Origin: Mustelus asterias
Taxonomy: Eukaryota
DNA length: 64,000 nt
Reading direction: 5' to 3'
NCBI RefSeq assembly: GCF_964213995.1
Contig: NW_027590119.1
Coordinates: 186,001 to 250,000 of the forward strand
Part shown: piece after piece, positions 36,740 through 49,700 of the stretch
Position numbering within the stretch: position 1 is the stretch's first letter
Layout: every line of letters starts with the position of its first letter
The notes under the pieces: model-generated
Databases searched by the model: none
Seen by the model: only the letters and a program-made list of their open reading frames with translations
Told to the model about the DNA's origin: nothing
Translations under genes and position numbers: made by a program

Positions 36740-38750
36740 AAGAACAAACAAAGAACAAAGAACAATACAGCACAGGAACAGGCCCTTCGGCCCTCCAAGC
36801 CCGCGCCGCTCCCCGGTCCAAACTAGACCATTCTTTTGTATCCCTCCATTCCCACTCCGTTCATATGGCTGTCTAGATAAGTCTTAAACGTTCCCAGTGT
36901 GTCCGCCTCCACCACCTTGCCTGGCAGTGCATTCCAGGCCCCCACCACCCTCTGTGTAAAATATGTCCTTCTGATATCTGTGTTAAACCTCCCCCCCTTC
37001 ACCTTGAACCTATGACCCCTCGTGAACGTCACCACCGACCTGGGGAAAAGCTTCCCACCGTTCACCCTATCTATGCCTTTCATAATTTTATACACCTCTA
37101 TTAAGTCTCCCCTCATCCTCCGTCTTTCCAGGGAGAACAACCCCAGTTTACCCAATCTCTCCTCATAACTAAGCCCCCCTCCATACCAGGCAACATCCTG
37201 GTAAACCTCCTCTGAACTCTCTCCAAAGCCTCCACGTCCTTCTGGTCGTGTGGCGACCAGAACTGGACGCAGTATTCCAAATGCGGCCGAACCAACGTTC
37301 TATACATCTGCAACATCAGACCCCAACTTTTATACTCTATGCCCCGTCCTATAAAGGCAAGCATGCCATATGCCTTCTTCACCACCTTCTCCACCTGTGA
37401 CGTCACCTTCAAGGATCTGTGGACTTGCACACCCAGGTCCCTCTGCATATCTACACCCTTTATGGTTCTGCCATTTATCGTATCGCTCCTCCCTACATTA
37501 TTTCTACCAAAATGCATCACTTCGCATTCATCAGGATTGAACTCCATCTGCCATTTCTTTGCCCAAATTTCCAGCCTATCTATATCCTTCTGTAGCTTCT
37601 GACAATGCTCCTCACTATCTGCAAGTCCTGCCAATTTTGTGTCATCCGCAAACTTACTGATCACCCCAGTTACACCTTCTTCCAGATCATTTATATAAAT
37701 CACAAACAGCAGAGGTCCCAACACAGAGCCCTGCGGAACACCACTAGTCACAGGCATCCAGCCGGAAAAAGACCCTTCCACTACCACCCTCTGTCTTCTG
37801 TGACCAAGCCAGTTCTCCACCCATCTAGCCACCTCCCCCTTTATCCCATGAGATCCAACCTTTTTCACCAGCCTACCATGAGGGACTTTTTCAAACGCTT
37901 TACTAAAGTCCATATAGACGACATCCACGGCCCTTCCCTCGTCAACCATTCTGGTCACTTCTTCAAAAAACTCCACCAGGTTAGTGAGGCATGACCTCCC
38001 TCTCACAAAACCATGCTGACTATCGTTAATGAGTTTATTCCTTTCTAAATGCGCATACATCCTATCTCTAAGAATCTTCTCCAACAACTTCCCTACCACG
38101 GACTTCAAGCTCACCGGCCTATAATTACCCGGGTTATCCTTCCTACCCTTCTTAAATAACGGGACCACATTAGCTATCCTCCAATCCTCTGGGACCTCAC
38201 CTGCGTCCAGTGACGAGACAAAGATTTGCGTCAGAGGCCCAGCGATTTCATCTCTCGTCTCCCTGAGCATCCTTGGATAGATTCCATCAGGCCCTGGGGA
38301 TTTGTCAGTCTTTATATTCTCTAACAAACCTAACACTTCCTCCTTTGTAATGGAAATTTTCTCCAACGGTTCAACACTCCCCTCCGAGACACTCCCAGTC
38401 AACACATCCCTCTCCTTTGTGAATACCGACGCATTCACTTAAGATCTCCCCTACTTCTTCGGGCTCCAAGCATAATTCCCCACTTTTGTCCCTGAGAGGT
38501 CCGATTTTTTCCGTGACAACCCTTTTGTTCCTAACGTATGAATAAAATGCCTTGGGGTTCTCCTTAATCCTGTCTGCCAAGAACTTTTCGTGACCCTTTT
38601 GCTCTTCTAATTCCCCGTTTGAGTTCTTTCCTACTTTCTTTGTACTCCTCCAGAGCTCCCTCCGTTTTTAGCTGCCTGGACAGAACATACGCCTCTCTTT
38701 TCTTTTTGACCAGTCCCTCAATTTCCCTGGTTATCCACGGTTCTCGAATC
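36740..38750 (-). mobile_element. Young 5'-truncated CR1 LINE with a 441-aa RT reading frame (37113-38438)
   Basis: Full RT motif set ([35 protein letters not shown]); frameshifts at both ends; ttctttg tail. Confidence 0.95.
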
Positions 38751-39599
38751 CTATTCGAGTCCTGAGTCTTGTGACTCAGTTCCTCTTTTATGTTAATGTA
38801 AAAGTTACAGTCTTTTGAACCAGGGTTCCATCCTGGGATCTTCCCGTCCAGTTATATCAACTGGGATTGTAACACTCACCATATTGACTTGGAAATATAT
38901 CGCTGTTCCTTCGCTGTCACTGGGTCAAAATCCTGAAACTCCCTCCCTAACAGCACTGTGGGCGTCCCTACACCACAGGGGATGTTGTGATTCTAGAAGG
39001 CAGCTCAACACCACCTTCTCAAGGCCATTTAGGGATGGGCAATAAATGCCGGCCGAGCCAGTGACGCCCACGTTTTATTATTCAGGACAGACTGTGGGCT
39101 TTGACCTCTGTAAACGAATAAAAAATAAGGTAATACCTGTTTTTAGTCCATTGAATTGGTTTTCAATGACAGCATTGCCTTCTGACTTGTCCTTATGTCC
39201 TGGGCCTATTACACGGTTATACTTGAAGGAATAGAACCAGCCTGACTCCGTTGTGTTATCTCTGACACTGTTTCAATCCCCAAGCTGCTGCAGACATCTT
39301 TATTACTTCAAACAAACACATCTTTCTAATTTTGCAGACATTGCTAATTCCAGCAGGACTGTGACTTGACTACATTGACCAGCATGCTTTGCACATTGAA
39401 CCCACAATGCAGTTCAGTGCAGTTCTTCAGACATCCTCGGTCTGGGTTCTTCTACCACTCTCGATGTTCCATGTTACCACCATGAGAGACTCCCCACGCA
39501 GGGTTACACCACAACCCATCTACACTGATTAATATAAGATAAATAAACAGTTCCAAACTAATTGCACATTAAAAAAGGTAGATAATATGTTGGTTTCCA

Positions 39600-39890
39600 A
39601 TAGAGCCATTGTTTTAAAAGCAGGTTAAGTTATGCTGAGGCTTTATCAAGCACTATTTAAATCACAATAGGAATACTGTGTTCATATCCAGTCAACACAC
39701 TTTAAGAAGGATGGGATGGTCCTTAAGAAGGTGCGGAGGAGATTTAACAGAATGGTTCCAGCAAAGAGAGATTTTAGCTCCAAGGTCAGGTTCGGGAACC
39801 TGCAGTTGTTCTCCTTGGAACGAAACAGGCTGAGGGGAGATCTGATAGAGGGGATCATTATGACAGGTTTAGATCAAGTGGATAAGGAAA
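39600..39890 (+). mobile_element. Old CR1 fragment
   Basis: KKVRRRFNRMVP...LERNRLRGDLIE. Confidence 0.7.
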
Positions 39891-40039
39891 TTGGTCAGGT
39901 TCTACAGCGACCTCTGGAGGCAAGGCTGTTGGTAAACGTAACCTTTTATTGTACATTCTTCTAACAATGTACAGTTCAAGGCTCAGCATGAGGCTCCACA
40001 TAGAACCATCTCTCAGCATACACTTATCATCTAATCTTA

Positions 40040-40610
40040 CATCACTGTGTACAATATTCACAAATTTAATATTAACCTTTTACACAAGTCTTAGTCAACT
40101 TTCCGAACATTTCTTTCTTTGACTCCGTGTCAGTTGTCTGATTTGTCAGTTAATGTTTCTGAGATTCACCTTGGGACACTCTCCTACATTAACGGTCTGA
40201 TGGAAATGAAAGTTATTTTTAAATCACGTTGTAACAGACTGGGGAAGTCAGGATTAAAACAATATCTGGGTAATTGGAGTTAGGTCACAGATCAGTCCTG
40301 AGTTCAGTGAGAACAGGCTCAGAGTCGTCTGATCAATCATCACTGTGTAGAATATTTACAAATTTAACATGAACCCTTTACACTGCACCAAGTCTTTAGT
40401 CAGCCCTCCTGACATTCCCTTCTTTGACTCAGTGTCAGTTGTCTGATTTGTCAGTTGATGTTTCTGAGATTCACTTTGGGACACTCCTACATTAACGGTC
40501 TGATGGAAATGAAAGTTATTTTTAAATCACATTGTAACAGACTGGGGAAGTCAGGATTAAAACAATATCTGGGTAAATGGAGTTAGTTCTCAGATCAGCC
40601 CTGACCTCAG
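40040..40610. repeat. ~300-bp tandem duplication
   Basis: 40040-40300 repeated at 40340-40610. Confidence 0.85.
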
Positions 40611-40959
40611 TGAATGACACAACAGGCTCGAGGGGGATAAATGACCTCCTCCTGTTCCTGGTAAACTTGGACTCAGACACCAGCTGATGAATGGAAAGTG
40701 ATGGGAGACCTGGGGAGAAGAGACTTCATCAGAAACCAGCACTGGAGCAGAGTTAGAGAGTGGGAGAAGCCTGGGGAGAAACTACACAGGAACTGGAGCA
40801 GGTTGTTCAGCCCTTCGAGTCCGCTCTGTCATTCAGTTAGACTCTGGCTGATCAGATTATCAAGATTTATTTGATTCTATTCTGTAGATTAAGCTGCAGC
40901 TCAGTTTTATGGGAAATTAACATCAGCAGAAACAAACTCCAACTATCACAATGTGAACA

Positions 40960-42270
40960 TGTGAATTAGGAGCAGGAGAAGGCCACTCGGCCCCTCGAGC
41001 CTGCTCCACTATTCAATAGGATCCCGGCTGATCCGATTGTAGCTTCAACTCCACTTTCCTTCTTACCCCTCATACCCTTTGACTCTCTTGTCAATCAAGA
41101 ATCTATTAAATTCAGACTTCAGAATATTCAGTGAGCCAGCTCCACCACCCTCTGTGGAAGAGAATTCCACACTGTAACAACCCTCTGAGAGAAAAGGTTT
41201 CTCCTCATCCCAGTCTTAAATGGGAGACCCCTTATTTTTAAACTGTGCCTCTAGTTCTCCTCTCTCTACAATCAACATCCACTCTGTCAAGTCCCCTCTG
41301 AATTTTATATGTTTCAATCAGATCCTCTCTCATTCTTCTAAACCCCAATAGATACAGGCCGAACATGTCCAACTTTTCATCATATGATAACTCCCTCACC
41401 CCAGGAATCAGTCAAGTAAACCTTCTCCAAGCTACTTCTCACACAAGTCCTCTCTTACGTAAAGAGACCAAAACTATACACCATGCTCTTGATGTGGTCT
41501 CACCAATACCCTGAACAAATGTAGCAAAACATCCCCACAATAAACAACAATTCATTTACCTTTCGAATCATTTGCTGTGTCCACACACTAACTTTTCCTG
41601 ATTACAGTACCAGGACACCCAGATCCCTCTGTACCTCAAAGTTCTGCAATCTCTCTCTGTTTAAATAATCAGCTGCTTTTCCATCCTTCCTGCCAAAGTG
41701 GACAAGTTCACATTATTCAAAAATCTTGTTCCAGCTGCCAACTTTTTACCCACTCACTGACCCTATCTATATTGCTTTGCAGGCTTGTTATGGTCATTCA
41801 CATCTCACTTTTCTTCCTAACTTTGTGTCATCAATAAATTTTGACCCTGTCAGTCATCCACATCATGAAAATAGTTTGTCAATAGTTGAGGGCCCAGCAC
41901 TGATCCCTGTGGCACTCCACAGGCTACACTTTGCCATCCCAAAAATGACTAATTTCTCCCTCCTCTCTGTTTCCGATTAGCTGATCAATCCTCTATCCAT
42001 GCTCATATAAAGAATCAACGTGGATGGGATGCTAATATGCCTTATACTACGAATTCTTATTTAGTGTGGTAAACATTGATGTGGCACCTTGTCAAATGCC
42101 TTCTGGAAATCTAAATACACCACATCCACAGGTTCCACTTTATCCACATTGCTTGTCACTTCCTCAAAGAATGCCAATACATCAATTAACATGATTTCCC
42201 TTGCACAAAACCATGTTGTTTTGCACGGAGATTATCTGTGTCCCACCCCAGCTCCTTAATAACAGAATGA
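40960..42270 (-). mobile_element. Old degraded CR1
   Basis: Reverse complement of DFQKAFDKVPH and [10 protein letters not shown] motifs, plus CR1 3'UTR. Confidence 0.7.
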
Positions 42271-42350
42271 ACATGATTCAATCCTGCATGGGATTATTTA
42301 TTTATTACTTAAATAATAGATAGATAGATAAATAAATAAATGAACATGAT

Positions 42351-43661
42351 TCAGTCCTGCATGGGGTGAGCAGCAACAGCAGAATCCAACCCCTGCAGTG
42401 ACTTGTGAACTTGCTGGTGTCTCAGCAGATTGGCTGACCGAGCAAATCTCTTCCCACATACGGAGCAGGTGAACGATCTCTCTCCTGTGTGAACCTGCTG
42501 GTGTCTCAGCAGGTGGGATGACTGAGTGAACCTTTTCCCACACATGGAGCAGGTGAATGATCTCTCTCCAGTGTGAATTTGCTGGTGTCTCAGCAGGTCC
42601 TTAGAGCTTTTAAAGCTTTTCTCACACTCAGAACATTTAAAAGGTCTCTGATCGGTGTGGACCAGTTGATGTGCAATGAGCTGGGGTGGCTGAGTGAATC
42701 GTTTCCCACATGTGGAGCAAGTGAAGGGTTTCTCCCCAGTGTGAATTCGCTCGTGTATCAGGAGGTGGGGTGAATCAGTGAATCCCTTCCCACACACACA
42801 GCAAATGAATGGCTTCTCCCCGGTGTGAACTCGCTGGTGTCTCAGACGGCGGGATGAATGGGTGAATCCCATCCCACACACCGAGCAGGTGAACGGTTTC
42901 TCCCCAGTGTGAACTCGCTGGTGTGTCACCAAATCCTGTTTACTTTTAAAGCTCTTCTCACAGGCAGAACACTGAAATGGTCTCTTATCAGAGTGAACTC
43001 GCTGGTGTGTTTGCAGCTGGGATAAACGTCCGAATCTCCTCTCACACACGGAGCAGGTGAATGGCTTCTCCCCAGTGTGAGTGCGCTGATGGACTTGTAA
43101 ATCATTTTTACTTTTAAATCTCTTCTCACAGTCAGAACATTGAAATGGTCTCCGATCAGTGTGAACAAGTTGGTGTGTCAGAAGGTGGGATGACTGAGTG
43201 AATCCCTTCCCACACACTGAGCAGGTGAACGGTCTCACCGCCATGTGAGTGCGCTGGTGTCTCAGGAGGTCCTTTGTGCTTTTAAAGCTTTTCTCACAAT
43301 CAGAACACTGAAACAGTCTCTGATCGGAGTGAACCTGCCGGTGAATCAGGAGGCTTGATAAAGCATGACATCCCCTCCCACATTCGAGGCAGGCGAATGG
43401 CCTCTCACCAGTGTGAACACGCCGGTGTGTATAGAGGCTGGATGAGTAAGCAAATCCTTTCCCACACTCAGAGCAGGTGAACGGCCTCTCTCCAGTGTGA
43501 ATGCGACGATGAATATCCAATTCGGACGGGTAATTGAATCTCCTCCCACAGTCCCCACATTTCAATGGTTTCTCTGTGGAGCGGGTATCCTCGTGTGACT
43601 CCAGGTTGGATGATGAGTTGAAGCCTCGTGCACACAGAATATGTGTCGGGTCACTACTCAC
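42351..43661 (-). CDS. C2H2 zinc-finger protein H, 14 fingers; true start unknown
   Basis: 436-aa open frame; family start Met replaced by Thr and family stop TGA replaced by TCA. Confidence 0.8.
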   Translation of the reverse strand: MSSDPTHILCARGFNSSSNLESHEDTRSTEKPLKCGDCGRRFNYPSELDIHRRIHTGERPFTCSECGKGFAYSSSLYTHRRVHTGERPFACLECGRGCHALSSLLIHRQVHSDQRLFQCSDCEKSFKSTKDLLRHQRTHMAVRPFTCSVCGKGFTQSSHLLTHQLVHTDRRPFQCSDCEKRFKSKNDLQVHQRTHTGEKPFTCSVCERRFGRLSQLQTHQRVHSDKRPFQCSACEKSFKSKQDLVTHQRVHTGEKPFTCSVCGMGFTHSSRRLRHQRVHTGEKPFICCVCGKGFTDSPHLLIHERIHTGEKPFTCSTCGKRFTQPPQLIAHQLVHTDQRPFKCSECEKSFKSSKDLLRHQQIHTGERSFTCSMCGKRFTQSSHLLRHQQVHTGERSFTCSVCGKRFARSANLLRHQQVHKSLQGLDSAVAAHPMQD

Positions 43662-44164
43662 TGAGAATGATGTGATTGTTTTTCAGACTTGTTAAACCAC
43701 TTTCCACATTCAGCACATTGGAAACTCTCAGGTGTGTGTGTGTGTGTCGGTGCTTTTTCAGTCACACTGATGTTTGAAATCTTTGCCCGCAGACAGAATG
43801 AACATTTCTCCTTCTGGAGACAAAGGCTGACGATATTCAGTTTCTGATGAATCAAATCACTGAAACAGATCTTGATGTGAAGTTTGGTTTGAGTTTCACA
43901 TCTGTAAATTCTCCTTCATAATACCCTGCAAAAACAGTTTACAAATACCATCACTGTCAGTGCAGGATAGAAATTCTGAACAGACAATTCATAGTTTCTC
44001 TGGAACATATTTTCCTCTCTTGTTCCCCCAAATCTATAAATCCCCGTCCCACACACTCTCCCTCCTCCCCTGGGCTGAAATCCAAACCCATCTCAACATC
44101 TCCACCATTTCTTCCCTCCACTCCCAGTTTTCTTCCTCCCTCTCCTCTGTCTGGGTTCAGTTCT

Positions 44165-44449
44165 TGATGTGGAAATCTCACTAACTGTCCTGGCTGGAGA
44201 CAGTACACATCTCTTTAACCTGTGCTTAACCCTCTCTCCACTCACATTGTCTGTACCTTTAAGACTTGATTGCCTGTAAAGACTCACATTCCAACCATTA
44301 TCTTGTAAATTGAGTTTGTGTCAATATATATGCCCCGTTTATGAACACAAGTCCGACTCACCTGATGAAGGAGCAGTGATCCGAAAGCGAGTGGCTTTTG
44401 CTACCAAATAAACCTGTTGGTCTTTAACCTGGCGTTGTGAGACTTCTTA
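44165..44449 (+). mobile_element. Penelope-like insert (family 1) with hammerhead motif and 14-bp flanking duplication
   Basis: ctgggttcagttct at 44151-44164 and 44450-44463; cctgatgaaggagcagtgatccgaaagc at ~44361. Confidence 0.8.
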
Positions 44450-44819
44450 CTGGGTTCAGTTCTCCAGCTGCTGTCTGCAGACTGACAATAAAACCAATGG
44501 CTCTTATTGGGGGTGTTGGGGCCTCCAGCGGGTGTTTGTGAATCCTCCCCGCCCACCTCCCAGGGTTTCCTTCCTTCCCAGAGATCAGAGTCCTCATTGA
44601 TTTGAGGCCAAAGTGTAACCTCTTATTTATTGTCCCCCTCCCCCATCCTCTGATGTGAACCATCCTCCAGTGGCTGAGCCAGGATGGGGCCGTTAACCTG
44701 GGCCTGTTCCCGGGAGGGAGGGAGGGAGAAGCCCCGCAGCTGCAAACCAGGGAGCTGACAATGATTCTGAAGGGTTTGCGGATCCACAAAGTGTTTCCAA
44801 ATCCTCCCAGCCACCGCCT

Positions 44820-45857
44820 AACGCTGACTCCGCTTCTCCGGGACAAACAAGCGCCAAGGACAGCAATGACACTGCGCATGCTCCACATCACAATGCCCGG
44901 GGACTGATTGACGGCAGCTCCGGACCAATAGGAAGAGGGGGCGGGACTGGCCGACCGAGCGGGAGCGGCTGGTCCTCCAACCAATCAGAGTGAATGAGGG
45001 GCGGGGCTGGAGGACCGAGCGGGAGCGGCTGGTCCTCCAACCAATCAGAGTGAATGAAGGCGGGACCTGAAGCATGCGCAGTGCGGGTAATGGCGTCGGA
45101 AGGACGGTTTTGACTCGGAAGCGAGATCAATACGAGGTAGAGGGGGCGTGCGGGGAATGATAAATGTGGCGGGTGGGTGGAGAGGCTTTGTAAACATGTT
45201 GTTCAAACCCAGACCCCGGAAATGAACTTCCGGGTCCCCCCCCTTTGTACCAAATGGAGCGGCAGCTTGTAGTGTTAGACCCGGGCTGACTGCCGCCATT
45301 GAGGCTGCATGTGGGAGGCCGGCAGGGATTGTGATCGGAGAGGGAAGCCCTGACGTCACAATGGAATGGGTGAGGGTGTGACATCACAATGGAATGGGTG
45401 AGGGTGTGACGTCACAATGGAATGGGTGAGGGTGTGACGTCACAATGGAATGGGTGAGGGTGTGACGTCACAATGGAATGGGTGAGGGTGTGACGTCACA
45501 ATGGAATGTGATCGGAGAGCGAAGTTTCACTCTGAAGCTCATTGGACAACTTCCGCATTGTGATGCCACGATAGAGCCCTGCCTGAATCAGCCAATAGGA
45601 ATCACTGTGCTCCGTGGTGATGTCTCCGGGTTCCAATGCGCAGGCCCGGGCGCGCGGACCCGGGAGCCCCGCCCCCACCCATTGTTCCCCCTCCCCCTAC
45701 ACCACATCGAGCCAAGGTTTCCAGGCAAGCGGCTGGCGGCTCCAGCCAGAGCGAGAAGCCGCTCGGTGATCTCCCCCTACCCCCCCCCGGCCGGGGACTG
45801 CAAAATGTGGGAGGGAGAGGGGAAGCTGTGCATATGCGGGGGAGAGCCCACCCTCTG
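44820..45857. promoter_or_regulatory. Bidirectional CpG promoter of pair H/I
   Basis: 60-bp duplicated CCAAT/GC-box unit (44941-45060), NRF1-like motifs, CRE array. Confidence 0.7.
45351..45508. repeat. 28-bp tandem repeat carrying CRE palindromes
   Basis: tgacgtcacaatggaatgggtgagggtg; units start at 45351, 45379, 45407, 45435, 45463, 45491. Confidence 0.95.
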
Positions 45858-46288
45858 AATGAGAGAGGAAAGAATGTTCCATAGAAATTGTCTGTTCTGA
45901 ATTTCTATCCTGCACTGACACTGATGACTTTTGGAAACTCATTTTACAGGATATTGAAAGAGGAATCACAGGCCGAAATCTCAAATGTCACGTCTCGATC
46001 TGACAGAGTCATATTCCTTGGGACCTCAATATCATCGGACTTTGAATCCAGAAGGAGAAATGATTGTCCAGTCTGTCGATTTGAAAAGATTTGAAATGTC
46101 AGTGTGAGTGAAAAAGCATCAACACACTGCCACACTTGAGTGAGTGTGTTCCAAAGAGCTTTAACCAGTTCCACAGTCTGAATAAATATCACACCATTCA
46201 CAGCGGGTGGAGACTGTAATCTTGTTCTGTGTGTGGACGAAGTTTCAACTAATTGTCCACTCAAGAGTGAGGTAAGGACACCTCCACC

Positions 46289-48394
46289 ATGGCGAAACCA
46301 TAGAAATGTGCGGACTGTGGGAAGGGATACGGAACCCCATCAGAGCTGGAAGCTCATCGGCGCAGCCACACTGGGGAGAGGCCGTTCATCTGCTCTCAAT
46401 GTGGGAAGGGATTCAGTCAGTTATCCAACCTGCAGAGACACCAGCGAGTTCACACTGGGGAGAGGCCGTTCACCTGCTCTCAGTGTGGGGAGGGATTCAC
46501 TCAGTCATCCCACCTGCAGAGACACCAGCGAGTTCACACTGGGGAAAGGCCCTTCACCTGCTCTCAGTGTGGGAAGGGATTCACTCGGATATCCAGCCTG
46601 CAGAGACACCAGCGAGTTCACACTGGAGAGAGGCCGTTCACTTGCTCTCAGTGTGAGAAGGAATTCACTTATTTATCCACCCTGCAGTCACACCAGCGAG
46701 TTCACACTGGGGAGAGGCCGTTCACCTGCTCTCAGTGTGGGGAGGGATTCACTCGGTCATCCCACCTGCAGTCACACCAGCGAGTTCACACTGGAGAGAG
46801 GCCGTTCACCTGTTCTCAATGTGGGGAGGGATTCACTCAGTCATCCCACCTGCAGAGACACCAGCGAGTTCACACTGGAGAGAGGCCGTTCACTTGCTCT
46901 CAGTGTGAGAAGGAATTCAATAATTTATCCAGCCTGCAGATACACCAGCGAGTTCACACTGGGGAGAGGCCGTTCACCTGTTCTCAGTGTGGGGATGGAT
47001 TCACTCAGTCATCCCACCTGCAGAGACACCAGCGAGTTCACACTGGAGAGAGGCCATTTACCTGCTCTCAGTGTGGTAAGAGGTTCACTCAGTTATCCAG
47101 CCTGCAGAGACACCAGCGAGCTCACACTGGGGAGAGGCCATTCACCTGCTCTCAGTGTGGGAAGGGATTCATTCAGTTATCCGAGCTGCGGACACACCAG
47201 CGAGTTCATACAGGGGAGAGGCCATTCACTTGCTCTCAGTGTGGGGAGGGATTCACTCGGTCATCCAGCCTGCTGACACACCAGCGAATTCACACTGGGG
47301 AGAGGCCGTTCACCTGCTCACAGTGTGGGAAGGGATTCAATCAGTTATCCAACCTGCAGGCACACCAGCGAGTTCACACTGGGGAGAGGCCGTTCACCTG
47401 CTCTCAGTGTGGGAAGGGATTCACTCGGTCATCCGACCTGCGGGCACACCAGCGAGTTCACACTGGGGAGAAGCCCCCATTCACCTGCTCTCAGTGTGGG
47501 AAGGGATTCACTCGGTCATCCCACCTGCAGAGACATCAGCGAGTTCACACTGGGGAGAGACCGTTCACCTGCTCTCAATGTGAGAAGGGATTCACTCTGT
47601 CATCCCACTTGCAGACACATCAGCGAGTTCACACTGGAGAGAGACCATTCACCTGCTCTCAGTGTGCGAAGGGATTCATTCAGTTATCCAGCCTGCAGAG
47701 ACACCAGCGAGTTCACACTGGAGAGAGGCCATTCACCTGCTCTCAGTGTGGGAAGGGATTCACTCAGTTATCCAGCCTGCAGACACACCAGCGAGTTCAC
47801 ACTGGGGAAAGGCCGTTCACCTGCTCTCAGTGTGGGAAGGGATTCACTCGGTCATCCGACCTGCGGACACACCAGCGAGTTCACACTGGAGAGAGGCCGT
47901 TCACCTGCCCTCAGTGTGGGAAGGGATTCACTCGGTTATCCAGCCTGCAGACACACCAGCGAGTTCACACTGGGGAGAGACCATTCACCTGCTCTCAGTG
48001 TGGGAAGGGATTCACTCGGTCATCCGACCTGCGGACACACCAGCGGGTTCATACAGGGGAGAAACCATTCACCTGCTCTCAGTGTGGGCAGGGATTCACT
48101 CAGTCATCCAGCCTGCGGGCGCACCAGCGAGTCCACACAGGGGAGAGGCCGTTCACCTGCTCTCAGTGTGGGAAGGGATTCACTCAGCTATCCAACCTGC
48201 AAACACACCAGCGAGTGCACACGGGGGAGAGGCCGTTCACCTGCTCTCAGTGCGGGCAAGAATTCACTCAGTTATCCAACCTGCAGACGCACGAGCGAGT
48301 TCACACTGGGGAGAGGCCGTTCACCTGCTCTGTGTGTGGGAAGGGTTTCAGCGTTTCATCCCGGCTGCTGAGGCACCAGCAAGTTCACGAGTGA
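46289..48394 (+). pseudogene. 25-finger C2H2 ZNF I with a nonsense codon at position 5
   Basis: ATG GCG AAA CCA TAG (46301-46303), then an uninterrupted finger frame from 46304 to 48394. Confidence 0.82.
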
Positions 48395-48649
48395 TTCCAG
48401 AGGTTGGATTCTGCTGTTATTGTTCCTGCTCTCAATTACATCCAGGATTGCATTTTGTTCATTCTCACAGTTGGTCAATGGGGAGGGTCAGAGGGTTTCT
48501 TTGTGCTGGACTGGCTGGTCTCAGCCTCCAGTGGGCTGATGCTCTTTGAGTCTTTTTGCAAATACCTGGTTTCAAATGTCACAAGGATCACAGAGTGACA
48601 GGGTGTTAGGAAGTTTAGAGATGTTTAGTCAGAAGAAAATAGAGGTTGG

Positions 48650-49700
48650 CAGTGCAAAGGTACATTTCTGAATGGAGGGCTGTGACAAGTGACATTCCTC
48701 AGGGATCAGTGCTGGGACTTTTGCTGTTTGTAATATATATATAAATGATTTGGAGGAAAATGTAACTGGTTTGATTGGTAAGTTTGTGGACAACACAAAG
48801 GTTGGTGGAATTGCGGATAGCGATGGGGACTGGCAGAGGATACAGCAGGATATAGATCAGTTGGAGACTTGGGCGGAGAGTTGGCAGATGAAGTTTAATC
48901 CGGACAAATGTGAGGTAATGCATTTTGGAAGGTCTAATACAGATGGGAAATATACAGTAAATGGCAGAACCCTTAAGAGTATTCATAGGCCGAGGGATCT
49001 GGGTGTACAGGTACACAGGTCATTGAAAGTGGCAATGCAGGTGGAGAAGATAATCAAGAAGGCATACGGCATGCTTGCCTTCATTGGCTGGGGCATTGAG
49101 TTTAAAAATTGGCAAGTCATGTTGCAGCTTTATAGAACCTTAGTTCGACCGCACTTGGAATCTAGTGTTCAATTCTGGTCACCACACTACCAGAAGAATG
49201 TGGAGGCTTTGGAGAGGGTACGGAAAATATTTATCAGGATGTTGCCTGGTGTGGAGGGCATTAGCTATGAGGAGAGTTTGGAGAAACTTGGTCTGTTCTC
49301 ACTGGAACGACGGAGGTTGAGGGGAGACCTGATAGAAGTCTCCAAGATTATGAGGGGCATGGACAGAGTGGATAGTCAGAAGCTTTTTCCCAGGGTGGAA
49401 GAGTCAATTACTAGGGGCATAGGTTTCAGGTGCGAGGGGCAAGGTTTAAAGGAGATGTACAAGGCAGGTTTTTTACACAGAGGGTGGTGGGTGCCTGGAA
49501 CTTGTTGCCGGGGGAGGTAGTGGAAGCAGATACGATAGTGACTTTTAAGATGTGTCTTGACAAATATATGAATAGCATAGGAATAGAGGGATATGGTCCC
49601 CGGAAGGGTAGGGGTTTTAGTTCAGACAGGCAGCATGGTTGCTACAGGCTTGGAGGGCCAAAGGGCTTGTTTCTGTGCTGTAATTTTCTTTGTTCTTCGT
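48650..49700 (+). mobile_element. CR1 3' part, inverted paralog of 2790-3920
   Basis: ORF 48750-49520 nearly identical to ORF 3163-3930. Confidence 0.92.

Noticed and set aside
37113-38438. 441-aa RT ORF as a domesticated gene or novel RT system
   Set aside because: It is an ordinary 5'-truncated CR1 with frameshifts and a standard tail.
47465-47485. Apparent frameshift in ZNF I
   Set aside because: It reads GAG AAG CCC CCA TTC, an in-frame one-codon insertion.
46233-48549. Long alternative-frame ORFs over finger arrays ([22 protein letters not shown] repeats; also at 4205-4912)
   Set aside because: These are shadow frames of the 84-bp repeat and have no independent evidence of coding.
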